From: Hemiscyllium ocellatum
Taxonomy: Eukaryota
DNA length: 64,000 nucleotides
Assembly: GCF_020745735.1 (NCBI RefSeq)
Contig: NC_083435.1
Location: 18,847,231-18,911,230 of the forward strand
Direction: 5' to 3'
A program made the translations under genes and the position numbers. The first letter of the stretch is position 1. Each line of letters starts with the position of its first letter. Positions 47,800 to 61,545 of the stretch are shown here, one piece after another. The notes beneath the pieces are model-generated. The model did not search any database. It was given only the letters and a program-made list of their open reading frames with translations, and was not told the origin of the DNA.

Positions 47800-48520
47800 A
47801 CATGTGCCTTCTTAACCAATTTGTCTACTTTAATGGTAAGATACTGGGGAGTATTGCTGAACAAAGAGATCTTGGAGTGCAGGTTCATAGTCCCTGAAAA
47901 ATTGAGTCACAGGTAGACAGAATAGTGAGGAAGGCATTTGGTATGCCCGTCTGTATTGGTCAGTGCATTGAGTATAGGAATTGGGAGGTCATGTTGCAGC
48001 TATACAGGACATTAGTTACTTTTGTAATATTGTGTGCAATTCTGGTCTCCCTGCTATTAGCAAGGATGTTGTGAAACTTGAAAAGGTTTGGAAAAGATTT
48101 ACAAGGATGTTGCCAGGTTTGGAAGGGTTTGACTATAGGAGAGGCTGAATGGGCTGGGGCTATTTTCCTTGGCACATCGGAGGCTGAGAGGTGACCTTAT
48201 AGAGGTTTATAGAATCATGAGGGGTATGGATAGACAGAGTCTTTTTCCCAGGGTGAGAGGGTCTAATACTAGAGGGCATAGGTTTTGGGTGAGAGGGAAA
48301 GATTTAAAAGTGCCTAATGGTCAACCTTTTCACACAGAAGACGGTGTATGCATGGAATGAGTTGCTAGAGGAAGTGGTCAAGGCTGGTACGGCTACAGGT
48401 TTAGGGAGGGTTTAGCGGGATATAGGCCAAATGTTGGTAAATGGGACTAGATTAATTTGGAATAGCCAGTCAGCATGGATGAGTTGGACTGAAGGGTCTG
48501 TTTCCATGCTCTACAGCTCT
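47800..48520 (+). mobile_element. HER1/CR1-type LINE 3' fragment
   Basis: NGKILGSIAEQRDLGVQVH; RRLRGDLIEVYRIMRGMDR. Confidence 0.9.
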
Positions 48521-48639
48521 GTGACTCGGTGACCTGTCCTGCTACCTGAAGTATTTCAGTGTGTTCGGTGCCTTCCTGATTGAACCTTTTTGGCTCAATA
48601 CAAGCCAGGATCCATCCTGAGTTGATTGGCGATGTTTAA

Positions 48640-49830
48640 TCTTTTCAGTGATACTTCTCAGGGTGTCCTTTAAAGTGTTTCTGCTATTGTCCTACTGGCA
48701 TCAATTTCTACGTTGCTCAGGGGTCTAGTGTCAGGTGTCTAAGTAACAGGGACCTCCCACCAGAATGGGTTTTGACTGATTAGTGCCAGGATGCCCAGCA
48801 ATTGGTTTGGGAAAAGATGGTGCTGTTAGACTGCCCATCTTGCAGATTCAAAGGGTCTGGCAAAGTGCAGGGATCGTTGACCTTAATTGTCAGAAACAGT
48901 TCATTAGCTCTGGGTGCTGGTTTAAAGAGGACTTCAGTTTTCCAATGCTGAGTGAAAGGATAATTTTCTCAAAGTTCTTAGAATTGGCGCTTGGCCCTAG
49001 TTTCATTTTGATAGACTTTGTGGAGGTTCCATTGGTGATCCTGACCAACCATTGGGGAAGCAATGGCTTAGTGGTATTACCAGTGGACTATTAATCCAGA
49101 AATCCAGGTAATATCCTGGGGATTTGGGCTTGCATCCAGACTCAAATTGAATTCAATAACAATCTGGAATTAAGAGTCTGACGTTGACTTTGCCAATTGT
49201 CAGAAAAACTCTATCCAGTTCACTAATGTCCTTCAGGGAAAGGAACTGCCTTCCTTACCTGGTCTGGCCCACATGTGATTGCAGACCCACAACAAGATAG
49301 TTGACTCCTAACTGCCCTCTGGGCAATTAGGGATGAGCAATAAATGGTGGCCCAGCGAGCAATGCCCAGATTCCAGGAATAATGAAAAAAATGCATGTTA
49401 CTTACCCTCCCTACCCCCCCCCCCCCCCCCAACAGCCCCACAACCTCTGTGAGCCTTATTTAGTACACCTTTAGTGAGAAATACTTGACAATCCAAGTAT
49501 ATCACAGTAATTGGCTCGGCCCAAAATTCTGTTTTGAGTCATAGTCAAGTGGAACCTCAGCCTGTTGTGAATGCACCATCCATAGCCACCAAATCCTGGA
49601 ACTGGACTCACACCCAGAGTTTCTGGATCAGAAACCATTGTGCCTCAAGACGTCCCCTGTCTCATCATATCATCCTGAATCTAAAGTAGCTTTTGATTGA
49701 CATTCAAGTCTTCGGAGGACTTTCCCAAGGGTTCCATGATTGATGGAGTCAAAGCCCTTTAACAGATCGGATAAAAGCATGTTGAGCTCTTTACATTATT
49801 TCAGACATTACTTGGATATATCAATTGACA
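48640..49830 (-). mobile_element. Degenerate RTE-like LINE pieces with a + strand SINE (about 49050-49390) between them
   Basis: On the - strand, DLLKGFDSINH (about 49740-49780) and RNTLKDTL-like end (about 48660); the SINE is related to the - strand copy at 54240-54600. Confidence 0.4.
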
Positions 49831-51009
49831 AAGATTATTTATGTAGGTGGATGATTGAATCTCTGGATGTATGTCTTTGCTGTTGAGTGGGAGATGGTTC
49901 AGGAGGTTTCACGTGAGAAGCTTCCTCCATATGGACAGAAGTGTTGTGCCTCTTCAGTTCTTCATAGTAGGGCAAAGGTTTTAGCAACATCACTGTTTCT
50001 CTCAGCACCCTTCTATAAGGCACTGAGACTTGGTTCACCTCCTAAAAGCACATCTGGCCACTGAAGAACCAGAGATATCTTGCGAGGTACTCAAACTCAA
50101 GAGGGAAGGGAGTAGAAGGTTCTCCAGTACTGTCACTGAAGCCAGTTCCTCCAGAACTGCAACGATGATCATCCAAGTAACTAACTTCCGAAGCCGATCT
50201 TCTTTTCTTGACCTAAGGTTGGCTCCTAATCTTGAGAAGATCAGAGGGAATGTTTCATGGGAACTTTGAAGGATTTGTTAATTTAAAAAGCAGATTGATG
50301 TCAGTTCATGGGCAAAATTTATTCCTGACTGTGTCACATGGTGGAGCTTGCCTCTGGCATTTTTTTCTCCCCCACTTCCCTCTGAGCCCTTTCTCTGTGG
50401 GTTATTTTTCCATCCTCTTAGCTTTGGTCTCTTCCTCTCTGTTGTCTTCATTCTCGGCCTTTCCTTAATATTCAGCTCACTCTGGGCCCTTTCCATGTAC
50501 CACCTCTGCTCTGCTCGGGACTCTTTCTCTTCCTGTTGTGACTTGGCCTCGGAGCTCTTCCTCTTCCTCTCCCCCTCTCTCTCAGCCATTCCTTGCCACC
50601 AGCTTCTATCTTTGCTCACTTCTTCCTGAGGCAGGACTGAAGTGTCACAGATGATGCCTTTCAGATGAGACGCTCGGTACATGTCCCATGTGCCCTTAGC
50701 TGAATGTGAAGGTCCCATGGTACCATTCTGAAGAGACACTGGGGAGTTGTCTCTGGTGTTAGGACTGGCACTTATCACAATTATTAATAGCAGAAACAGA
50801 TCGTCTGGAGTTTGCTGTGTTTAAATGTCCTCCATTGCCTGTATTTCAAGGATTACCTCAATTGCTGTAAAAGGTTTCTGAATGTCTTGTAGTCTCCAGA
50901 CATCTCTTGGCAAACTGTACAATCTTCCTTCAGAATTGTTCCTGATTTCCAGTGCTTCACTGTCACATGTTAATGGATTATATTTGTTTTTACTTTTCAT
51001 GTCAATCAG

Positions 51010-51315
51010 CTGGAGGGGGCGAGGTGTTGGCTGCTATTGGTTCATCAGTTTTACTGGATCCTGAACACGGAGCTAATCTCAGCGACAGTCAGGTTGAATG
51101 GACGTTCACCGGCAGCGATGGAAAACTTGTCACTATTTTGGATTATGTACCAAATTCCCCAATACAAAAACCGAATGATGCCTTCAAATCCCGTTTACAT
51201 TTTAATACAACCAATGGATTAGTGACGTTGACCAATCTGAATTCCAGTGACCAAGGAGTTTATACCATCACTGTGGGTAGTAACTGGAAGAGGAGTATGG
51301 ATCTGAAACTCATTG
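51010..51315 (+). CDS. Gene B exon 2: V-set Ig domain (CD2/SLAM/CEACAM-N-like, no Cys)
   Basis: tttttacttttcatgtcaatcag acceptor; VLAAIGSSVLLDP...VEWTF...FKSRLHFNTTNGLVTLTNLNSSDQGVYTITV; phase 1-1; G|GTAAGT donor. Confidence 0.92.
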
Positions 51316-52169
51316 GTAAGTGATTTCAATTTTTCATCTCTTTGAAAATGATGCACATTTCAAATCTCGAACAGTTTACAACTTGACAACACTGCCTCAG
51401 AATTGTAACAGGAATTCAGCCCCTCTAATCCATTCTGTCATTCCATGGTTCACCTGTACCTGGCTTCCATTGACCTGTTCTGCCAGTTCCATTACCCAGT
51501 TGGAAAGATATTGACCTCGGTTGTGACAATTTTCACATGACCTCCCAGCAGTCAATTCCACTGTTCTTCCTGTGGTGGTATTGCAAGGGGCGGGGGGGCG
51601 AATACTTAAATGATTTCTGTGTAAGATGGTCCAGCTCTAGTTTTTTTATGTTAATCCATCTTGTTCCGCACTGTCCCATTAAGCAAACTGCTTGTCTTCA
51701 TTCAAGATGAAACAGAAACTACTGATCAGAATGGAAGAAGCAAATGACAGAAATTGATATTCAGCTTCTGTTGTCATGCTGTATCTGAATTAAGGAATTC
51801 TGTGGGATTTGTGATCTATCTTTGTTGCTCTACTCATCATCATAGTCCCAGAGGCCATTCTGTCTCGTTGAGAGAGGGATGACTTGTGGTGAGTATAACT
51901 GAAGGTCACCAGATCTTAGGGAAGGGGTAAGGTTGAGTATGTGGGATCTTCACAATGACCTCAACTCCGAATAGGAATTCAACCCATGCCATTGGCAACA
52001 CTCTGCCTTACAGACCTATATTGGTAGGGTGGTTGGTTAGCTCAGTTGGCTGTGTGGCTGTTTTAGGTGCAGAATGATGCTAACAGTGTGACTTCATTGT
52101 GTAGGTCCCATGTTCTTGACCTCATTCCTCTCTGTAGCCTGGTGACCCTCAGATTAAACCAACACCGGT

Positions 52170-52313
52170 CCCCTCTCTCTCTCTCTGTCGCTGCCTCTAT
52201 CTCTCTCTTTGTCTCTCTATTTCTGTATGTGTGTGTGTGTGTGTGTGTGTGTCTCTCTGTCTGTCTGTCTCTCTCTCTGTTTCTCTGTCTATTTCCCTGT
52301 CTTTTTCTCTCTT
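52170..52313. repeat. Compound (CT)n/(GT)n/(CTGT)n microsatellite
   Basis: Direct reading. Confidence 0.95.
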
Positions 52314-52543
52314 NNNNNNNNNNNNNNNNNNNNNNNNNNNNNNNNNNNNNNNNNNNNNNNNNNNNNNNNNNNNNNNNNNNNNNNNNNNNNNNNNNNNNNN
52401 NNNNNNNNNNNNNNNNNNNNNNNNNNNNNNNNNNNNNNNNNNNNNNNNNNNNNNNNNNNNNNNNNNNNNNNNNNNNNNNNNNNNNNNNNNNNNNNNNNNN
52501 NNNNNNNNNNNNNNNNNNNNNNNNNNNNNNNNNNNNNNNNNNN
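52314..52543. other. Assembly gap (230 N)
   Basis: Run of n. Confidence 1.
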
Positions 52544-53689
52544 CCCCCTTGATCCCTTTAGCCACAAGGGCCATGTCTTGAATATATCTGACAAACTGAC
52601 CCCAACAGCTTCCTGTGGGAGAGAATTTCACAGGTTCACAGCTCTGAGGGAAGTGCGATGTATGGTGTGAAGTTGTAGAGTCATACAGCACAGAAACAGA
52701 CCCTTCAGTCCAACCAGTCCATGCTGAACACAATCCCAAATTAAACTAGTCCCATCTGCCTGCTCCTGGCCCTTATCCACTCAAACATTTCCTAAACATT
52801 TGCTGAAGCAAATGTCCTTTAAACGTTATAACTGTGTCCGCATCCAGCACACCCTCAGGAAGTTCATTCCGCACGCGGACCAGCCTCGTGTGCTTTTAAA
52901 TCTCTCTCCTCCGACCTTACAAATGTGCCCCCTTGTCTTGAAACCTCCCCCCCCACCCCCCAATCCTGGGGAAAAGACATTCACCATGAATTCTACCTGT
53001 ACCCCTTATGATTTTATATACTTCTATGAGGTCACCTCCTGCGTTCCACTGAAAACATTCCCAGCCCTTCTTTACAGCTCAAACCGTCGATACACAGCCA
53101 CATCTTCTTGACTGTAGTGGTGAACTGTTTCATAAATCAGAGCGAGGGGACCGTGCTGGAATTGGGGTGTGTGGATTGGACAGGATTAAGAATGAATGTC
53201 ACATTTACTATTTTTAGGTCAGGCCTTGATTTAATGGATCTGAAAAATGTTACTGATGAGCTCAGTAGAAGAAGCCGTAAGGATTTGGAAGGATTCAGAC
53301 AGTTCCTCTGGTCCTATTTTACAGTGAAAGATTCCAGTAAATGTGCTGCGGTCACAGTGGCCTCCAGTGGAGACCTGGTTGGGATTATTCCCGAATCCAG
53401 CCGATGGACTAGGGAGCAGTGATGGTCGGTGTTTGCGATCTGGAGTCAGGCTGATAGAAGAGAAGGTGGAACGGCAGTGGGGGAGGTCCTTCTGTCCTAC
53501 CTGAGGGCAGTGATGTCTGTCCACCAGCATATTCCACATAAAACGCAGTGCCCGCCACTTACACAGAATCCCCATAGTATGAAACAGGCTATTTGGCCCA
53601 TAGAGTCCATACTGACCTTCCGACAAGCATCCTGCCCAGACCCACCCTCTACCCTATCCCGATAACTCCACATTTCCCATGGCTAATCT

Positions 53690-53985
53690 GGAAGCAATGG
53701 GCCATTTAACACCAAACCTGCACATAGTGTCATAGGGGTGTACAGCATGGAAACACCCTCGTTCCATATCGATCAGATATCCTAAATTAATCTAGTTCCG
53801 TTTGCCAGCACTTGGCCCATATCCCTCTAAACCACATCTTTGTGACTATGGAGGAAACTGGAGCAAACCCCATGCAGACACTGGGAGAAGGTGCAAACTC
53901 CACACAGGAAGTCGACTGAGGGTGGATTTGAACCTGGGTCCCTGGTGCTGTGAGGCAGGTGTGCTAACCACTGAGCCACCGTGCC
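53690..53985 (-). mobile_element. HE1-type SINE with an interposed HER1 tail piece
   Basis: ggagaaggtgcaaactccacacag...ccactgagccaccgtgcc; gtcataggggtgtacagcatggaaac. Confidence 0.75.
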
Positions 53986-55028
53986 ATTTCCTCAACCTTT
54001 CTTGCATTCTGGTAATATGGTGGACACATCACATGACCCCTGGAGCACCCATTTGAGAACTCTGAGGCTCTTAAGCAGTCCACAACCCAGCGAGTTAAAG
54101 AGCCAGTTCAGCCAGCGAGGATCGGGATGATGTGTGATGGTTCTTGGTGCCGGATAGGATGGGAAGAGCAGAGGTTTAGATGAGTTGAAGGATGGAAGTT
54201 GGGAGACTAACCAGGAGAAAATTGGAATAGTGAAGTTTTCTTTTCAAATTTATTCACGGGATGTGGGCATCACTCACCAGACCAATGTTTATTGTCTATC
54301 TCTAATTGCCCCCACAGGACAATTAAGAGACAGCCACATTGCTGTGGGTTGGAACCACATGTAGGCCAGACCTGGTAAGGATGGCAGATTTCCTTTCCTG
54401 AAGGACATTAGCTAACTAGATAGTTTTAAAACAACTGACAGGGGGGGGGGGGGGGGGGAATGACATGATCGTCATTTAATTCCAGATTTTAGGAAGGAAA
54501 TTGAATTCCGGTTTCCTTATCTACCACGGTGGATTCAATGCTATATCTCTTAGACTAATAAACTGGGGTTGGAGGTCATACAGTAGTTACCCTAACATTG
54601 GGTCACCACCTCCTCACCCTGTTGAGGGTGGGTGAGGGGAGAAACCGTGTGAGAATTTCAGCAGAAGTAGGGACACAGCGGGGTGATGTTGGAGGTGTAC
54701 AGACTTTGATGGGATTATGAGTGTGGGATTTTCCAGTCTCGCCGCATTGACAGAACAAAGTAAAGTGTAAAATTAATCTTGTGAGAGGCATAAAATCAGA
54801 TTCCTGCTGCTGAGATAAGCGATTAAGTGCTCCCCCGTCAGGTAGTGTGTTGAATATTTCACCAGCAGGACTAATACCTGGAGGGTGAGGATTGTCTTAT
54901 AAGAAATAGCTCAAGAGACTAGGCCTGTGTTCTCTGGAGTTTAGAAGAGCCCTAGGTGACTTAATTGAAACATTGACTGGGACTGCCATCATGTTAAGGG
55001 CATGGATAGAGCAGAATTTGTTAAGTAT

Positions 55029-55600
55029 GTACAAGAAAATGTTCTTAGTTGTCAGACAGAGGTTACAAATACTCTGCCAGAACTACTTGAGTAAACAGCT
55101 TGTGGGTACTTTTTCTAACAGCCTGAATGGCTGTGGTCAGCTCTTACAGATCAGGATTTCTGGGTGTAGCTTTAAGCAGAAGCTATTGGGGTCACAACAG
55201 AGTTGGAAGCTTGAATGTATGTCTCCTGGCTGCTATTCTCTCTGAAATCTCTCTCGATGTTTATTTCCTCCTGGAGTGGAGAACTGCATGTGAGAACCTG
55301 TGTCTGAGTTTGCCTTTTTGCCACGGGGGTGTGCTTATGGGATGTTACTGTATTGGAACAGTCAATTACCAACAGTTACTGTATCTATTATTCTGGTAAG
55401 TTTTCCAATCGAGTTAAGTTTGTTTGAATTTTAACTGTAGTGTTTAAGTAAATTGTGTTTTGCTTAATAGTTGAGTAGTTTGATTGGTTGCATTGCACTT
55501 GGACCAGGCCCAATACATTTGCCTTTAAAATAAGAAAAAAGAGTAGGGTCTGGGCTACCTTCTTAAAATATTCTGAGGGAGTCTGTTCAGGCTCATAGCA
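55029..55600. mobile_element. LTR-like relic (possible solo LTR)
   Basis: TG...CA-like ends (tgtacaag...catagca); composition like 62300-62690; no TSD confirmed. Confidence 0.35.
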
Positions 55601-55646
55601 CTTCATGCTCAGACCTATTTACCTGACTATTTATTCTCCGCCACAG

Positions 55647-55910
55647 AACCAATGGCAGAACCTTTGATCAAAGCTACCTATGTGGATTCCACTGTTGAGC
55701 TGATCTGTCTAGTGGCTGGAGGGAAAGCAAGTTCCATTCTGTGGAAGAAAGGTCCTGATGTGATAAAGAATAGCCAACATTATCAGTTGTTGCAGAACAA
55801 CAGCAAGCTGACCATTGTTAAAGTCACCGAAACAGACTGCGGGATCTACACCTGCATCGTGGAAAACATGTTCAGCAAGAACAGCAATGCACATTCTCTT
55901 ATTCTACACG
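55647..55910 (+). CDS. Gene B exon 3: C2/I-set Ig domain
   Basis: tatttattctccgccacag acceptor; VELICLV...SILWKK...NNSKLTIVKVTETDCGIYTCIVEN; phase 1-1; G|GTGAGT donor. Confidence 0.92.
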
Positions 55911-56029
55911 GTGAGTCACACCTGGCAATCGGTTCCATTTCATAGTTAAAAATGATATTTCACTGCCATGCCTTGTGCTCAGCCAGAACAAAAATACCTT
56001 TGAATGTTGGGACTTCATGATGAGGTGGT

Positions 56030-56830
56030 ACAGGTGAGGCCCCTTCTGGAGCACTGTGTCCAGTTCTGGTCACCCTGTTACAGGAAGGATATTATCAAGC
56101 TGGAAAGGATTCAGAAAAGATTTCCCAGGGTGTTGCTGGGAATCGGGGGGTTTGAGTTAGAAGGAGAGGCTGGACAGACTGAGACATCTTTCACTGGAGC
56201 GTGGGAAGTTGGTAGAGTTTTATAAATTTCATGAGGGCTATGGATAAGATGAATAGCAGGTGTTCTTTCCCAAGTGTGGGGGATTCTAAGATTAGATAAA
56301 TAGAAAGATTCCCTACAGTGTGGAACCTTTGGCCGAACAAGTCCACACCGACCCTCCGAAGAACAACCCACCCAGACCCATTCCCCTACATTTATCCCTG
56401 ACTAATGCACCTAACTCTATGGGCAATTTAGCATGGCCAATTCACCCTAACCTGCACATCTTTGGACTGTGGGAGGAAACCGGAGCACCCAGAGGAAACC
56501 CACTCAGGCACAGGAGAACATGCAAGCTCCACACAGACAGTTGCCCGAGGCAGGAATTGAACCCGGGTCCCTGGCGCTGTGCGGCACCAGTGCTAACCAC
56601 TGAGCTACCGTAAGGTGAGAGGAGAAAGATTTTTAAAAACACAAAGAGATTGTGGGCAATTGGTTTACACAAGGAGTGGTTCATGTGTGAAATGAACTCC
56701 CAGAGGAAGTGGTGGATGCTGGAGTTCTAACATGAATAGGAAATGTTTGCAGTGACATAGGCCAGGGGCAGGCAGGTGAGACCAGTTTAGTTTGGGATAA
56801 TGGTCGTCATGGACTGTTGGACTGACGAGT
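56030..56830. mobile_element. HER1 LINE 3' piece (+) interrupted by an HE1 SINE (56290-56590, -)
   Basis: VRPLLEHCVQFWSPCYRKDIIKLER resumes at aaggtgagaggagaaaga after the SINE. Confidence 0.85.
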
Positions 56831-57803
56831 CGGGTTCCATGCTTTATGACTCTTGGTTGCTAAAGATGGAGAAGCAGAAGCATTGTATATTCTCACGCCT
56901 GGAGAAGTGAGTAGAATGGAGGCTGGTGGTTCTTCAGAGTAGTAGGGTCTCCTTTTACAGGGGTATCAAGTTTTTTGGATATTGCGAGAAGGTCAGAGTT
57001 TATTTTCGAAAAGGTAAGGTGCACAAAAGGGAAAAGCACTTCAAGGTTGTTAAAGCAGACCTGAATGTGTGTAACAAGTACTTGAATTCAGTGGAGCTGC
57101 CAAAGGAACGGGCAAGATATTTAACAGGATGAGGGGCAAGAGACCCACAATATTTTAACAGGATGCAGGGCAGGAGAACTGTCAAACTAGCTGCCAATCT
57201 GTCACTTTGATCTCCTGGGCTTTAAGTAGTTGAAATAAACAACCTACAGTCATCTTTAAACATGCTCATGTTTCACTCTGTCTGTGGATATAAGCTCGAG
57301 GCTATCATCACGCGAGTGGTGCTGCATGACCGATTTCACAGATACTCATTATCAGAGTGGGGTGCGTTCTGCTCAACATTTGATTGACAGTTCAAAGTAA
57401 TTCCAGACTTTTGAAGCTGGAGTATGAATTGTGTTTATACGCGATGAGCGAGAGTCAAATTCACTGAGCATTATTTAATCAACAAATTAATTTTTAAAAA
57501 CACGGTAAGTTTAATTTGAAAATGTGAGGTATTAGTACGATAAACAAGAACAGGCTTACACAGTTAATGATAGAGGCCTGGGTAGTGTTGTCAAACAGGG
57601 ACCCAGGTGTTCAAGTACATAGTTCCTTGGGAATTGTGTCAAAGTGGTGAAGAAGACGTTTGGGCACACTAGTTTTCATTGCTCAGACTGTTACGTATAG
57701 GAATTGGCATGTCATATTGCAGTAGTACAGGATGCAGAAAAGGGTGCAGAAAAGATTTACAAGGAAGAGGAGACTGGAGGGTTTGAGTTATGAGGGAGTG
57801 GCT

Positions 57804-60800
57804 AGAGTCATAGTCATAGAGATGTACAGCACGAAAACAGACCCTTCAGTCCAACCCGTCCATGCCGACGAGATATCCCCAACCCAGTCTAGTCCCACCT
57901 GCCAGCAGCCGGCCCATATCCCTCCAAACCCTTCCTATTCATATACCCATCCAAATGCCTCTTAAATGTTGCAATTGTTCTAGTCTCTACCACTTCCTTT
58001 GGCAGCTTTTTCCACACACGCACCATCTTCTGCGTGAAAGAGTTGCCCCTTAGGTCCCTTTTATATCTTTCCCCTCTCACCCTAAACCTATGCCCTCTGG
58101 TTCTGGACTTGCCCACCCCAGGGAAAAGTTACTCTATCCATGCCCCTCATGATTTTATAAACCTCTGCAAGGTCACCCCTCAGCCTCTGATGCTCCAGGG
58201 AAAACAGTCCCAGCCTCCCAGCCTATTCAACTTCTCCCTACAGCTCAAACCCTCCAACCCTGGCAACATCCTTGTAAATCTTTTTTGAACCCTTTCAAGT
58301 TTCACAACATCTTTCCAATAGGAAGGAGACCAGAATTGCACACAATATTCCAAAGGTGGCCTAACCAATGTCCTGTACAGTTGCAACAAGACCACCCAAC
58401 ACCTGTACTCAATACTTTGACCAATAAAGGAAAGCATACCAAACGCCTTCTTCACTATCCTATCTACCTGCGACTCCACTTTCAAGGAGCTATGAACCTG
58501 CACTCCAAGATCTCTTTGTTCAGCAACATTCCCTAGGACCTTACCATTAAGTATAAGTCCTGCTAAGATTTATTTTCCATAAATGTAGTAACTTGCATTT
58601 ATCTAAATTAAACTCCATCTGCCACTCCTCAGCCCATTGGCCCATCTGATCAAGATCCCTTTGTAATCTGAGATAGTTTTCTTTGCTGTCCACTACACCT
58701 CCAATTTTTGTGTCATCTTCAAACTTACTAACTCTACCTCTTAAGCTCACATGCAAATCATTGATGTAAATGACAAAAAGTAAAGGGCCCAGCACCGATT
58801 CTTGTGGCACTCCATTGGTCACAGGCCTCCAGTCTGAAAAGCAACCCTCCACCACCACCCTCTATCTTCTACCTTTATAGACAGTTCTGCATCCAAGTGG
58901 CTAGTTCTCCCTGTATTCCATGAGATATAACCTTGCTAACCAGTCTCCCATGGGGAACCTTGTTGAATGCCTTACCCTGAAGTCCACACAGATCATGTCT
59001 ACCACTCTGCCCTCATCAATCCTCTTTGTTACTTCTTCAAAAAACTCAATCAAGTTTGTGAGACATGATTCCCCACGCACAAAACCATGTTGACTATCCT
59101 TAATCAGTTCTTGCCTTTCCAAATACATGTGCCCACCACCAACTTCAGGCTCACCGGTCTACAATTCCCTGGCTTGTCCTTACCACCCTTCTTAAACAGT
59201 GGCACCACGTTAGCCAACCTCCAGTCTTCCGGCAACTCTCCTGGGACTATTGATGATACAAATATCTCACTAAGAGGCCCAGCAATCACTTCCCTGATCA
59301 GGTCCTGGGGATTTATCCACTTTCATGTTTTCAAGGCATCCGGCACTTCCTCCTCTGTAATATGGACATTTTTCAAGATGTCACCATCTACGTCCCCACA
59401 TTCTTACATGTACTTTTCCACAGTAAATACCGATGCAAAATACTCATTTAATATCTCCCCCATCTCATGCGGCTCCACACAAAGGCTGCTTTGCTGATCT
59501 TTGAGGGGCCCTATTCTCTCCCTAGTTAACCTTTTGTCCTTAATGTATTTGTAAAAACCCTTTGGATTCTCCTTAACTCTATTTGCCAAAGCTATCTCAT
59601 GTCCCCTTTTTGCCCTCCTGATTTCCCTCTTAAATATATTCCTACTGCCTTTATACTCTTCTAAGGATACACTTGATCTCTCCTGTCTACACCTGACATA
59701 TGCTTGCTTCTTTTTCTTAACCAAACCCTCAATTTCTTTAGTCATCCAGCATTCCCTGTACCTACCAGCCTTCACTTTCACCCTGACAGGAATATACTTT
59801 CTCTGGACTCTTGTTATCTCATTTCTGAAGGCTTCCCATTTTCCAGCCGTCCCTTTACCTGCAAACATCTGCTCCCAATCAGCTTTTGAAAGTTTTTGCA
59901 TAATACCGTCAAAATTGGCCTTTCTCCATTTATGGTCGCTGGCCCCAAAGTGCTCCCCCACTGACACCTCAGTCACCTGTCCTAAGTTATTTCCCAAGGG
60001 TAGGTCAAGTTTGGCACCTTCTCTCCTCGGTACGTTCACATACTGAATCAGAAAATTTTCTTGTGCATGTTTAACAAATTCCTCTCCATCTAAACCTTGA
60101 ACACTATGGCAGTCCTAGTCTATGTTTGGAAAGTTTAAAAGCCCCTACCACAACCACCCTATTATTCTTACAGATAGCTGAGATATCCTTACAAATTTGT
60201 TTCTCAATTTCCCTCTGACAATGAGGGGTTCTATAATACAATCCCAATAAGATGATCATCCCTTTCATATTTCTCAGTTCTACCCAAATAATGTCCCTGG
60301 ATGTATTCCCGGGAATATCCTCCCTCAGTACAGCTGTAATGCTATCCCTTATCAAAAATGCCACCTCCCCATCTCTCTTGCCTCCCCTTCTCTCCTTCCT
60401 GTAGCATTTGTATCCTGGAACATTAAGCTGCCAGTCCTGCCCATCCCTGAGCCATGTTTCTGTTATTGCTATGATATCCCGGTCCCATGTCCCTAACCAT
60501 GCCCTGAGTTCATCTGCCTTCCCTGTTAGGCCTCTTGCATTGAAATAAATGCAGTTTAATTTATTTGTCCTATTTTGTACTTTACTTTGTCCCTGCCTGC
60601 CCTGACCGTTTGATTTGCTTCTGTTCTCAACTGTACCAGTCTCCAATTGATCTCTTTCGTCATTATCTCCCTCGGTCCCACCCACCACCTTAATAGTTTA
60701 AATCCTTCTGAGCAGCTCTAGCAAATTTCCCTGCCAGTATATTATCACCTTCCAATTCAGGTGCAATCCATCCTTCTTATACAAATCACTTCTACCTCAG

Positions 60801-61150
60801 AAGAGATTCCAATGATCCAAAAATGTGAACCTTTTTCCTATACACCAGCCCCTCAGACATGCATTCATTTGCTATATCACCCTATTCCTCCCCTCACTAG
60901 ATCGTACCACCGAGAGTAATCCAGATATTATTACTCCCGAGGACCTCCTTTTAAAATTCCTGCCTTTCTGTAATCTCCCTTCAGAATCTCAACCTTTTCC
61001 CTTCCTATGTCATTGGTTACAATGTGTCCAATGACCTCTTGCTGGTCCCTTTCCCCTTTGAGAACATTCTGCACCCTCTCTGAGATATCCTTGGTCCTGG
61101 CACCAGGGAGGCAACACACCTTTCTGATTGCTGGCCACAGAAACACCTGT
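57804..61150 (-). mobile_element. Near full-length HER1/CR1-type LINE (ORF1 esterase remnant, APE, RT), frameshifted
   Basis: CCLPGARTKDISERV...HIVTNDIGR (SGNH-like ORF1); YFNARGL...IIAITETWL (APE); SQHGFVRGESCLTNL, GVPQESVLGP, KFEDDT (RT); agagtcatagtcatag tail. Confidence 0.95.
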
Positions 61151-61154
61151 CTCA

Positions 61155-61545
61155 CTAGAGCATGGGAGGTTGAGGAGTGACCGCAGACATTTATAAAATC
61201 ATGAGGAGCATAGATGAGATGAATAATTAAGACTTTTTTTTCCATAGAGTAGTGGATTTCAAAACTAGAAGACATAATTTTAAGATGAAATGAGAAAGTT
61301 TTAAAAGGGACATGAGGAACAATCTTTTCACACACAGCGTGGTTCATATGTGGAATGAACTGTTGCTGGAAGTGATGGATGAAGGTACAGTTGCAACATT
61401 TGTAAGACATGGGATGAGTACATGAATTGGTAAGGTTTAGAGGGAAATGGGCCAAGTGCTGGCAAATGGGACTAGATTCGTTTAGGATATCTCGTCGGCA
61501 TAGCCAAAGGGTCTGGTTCTGTGCTGTACAATTCTATGACTCTCA
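61155..61545 (+). mobile_element. HER1/CR1-type LINE 3' end
   Basis: gaggttgaggagtgacc...ctatgactctc. Confidence 0.85.

Noticed and set aside
50278-50778. 166-aa charged ORF
   Set aside because: Low-complexity purine-rich sequence with no recognisable domain; the Gypsy gag idea was not supported
57250-57510. Unique CpG-containing segment as next exon of gene B
   Set aside because: The candidate acceptors I tried give early stops or no TM segment in phase 1
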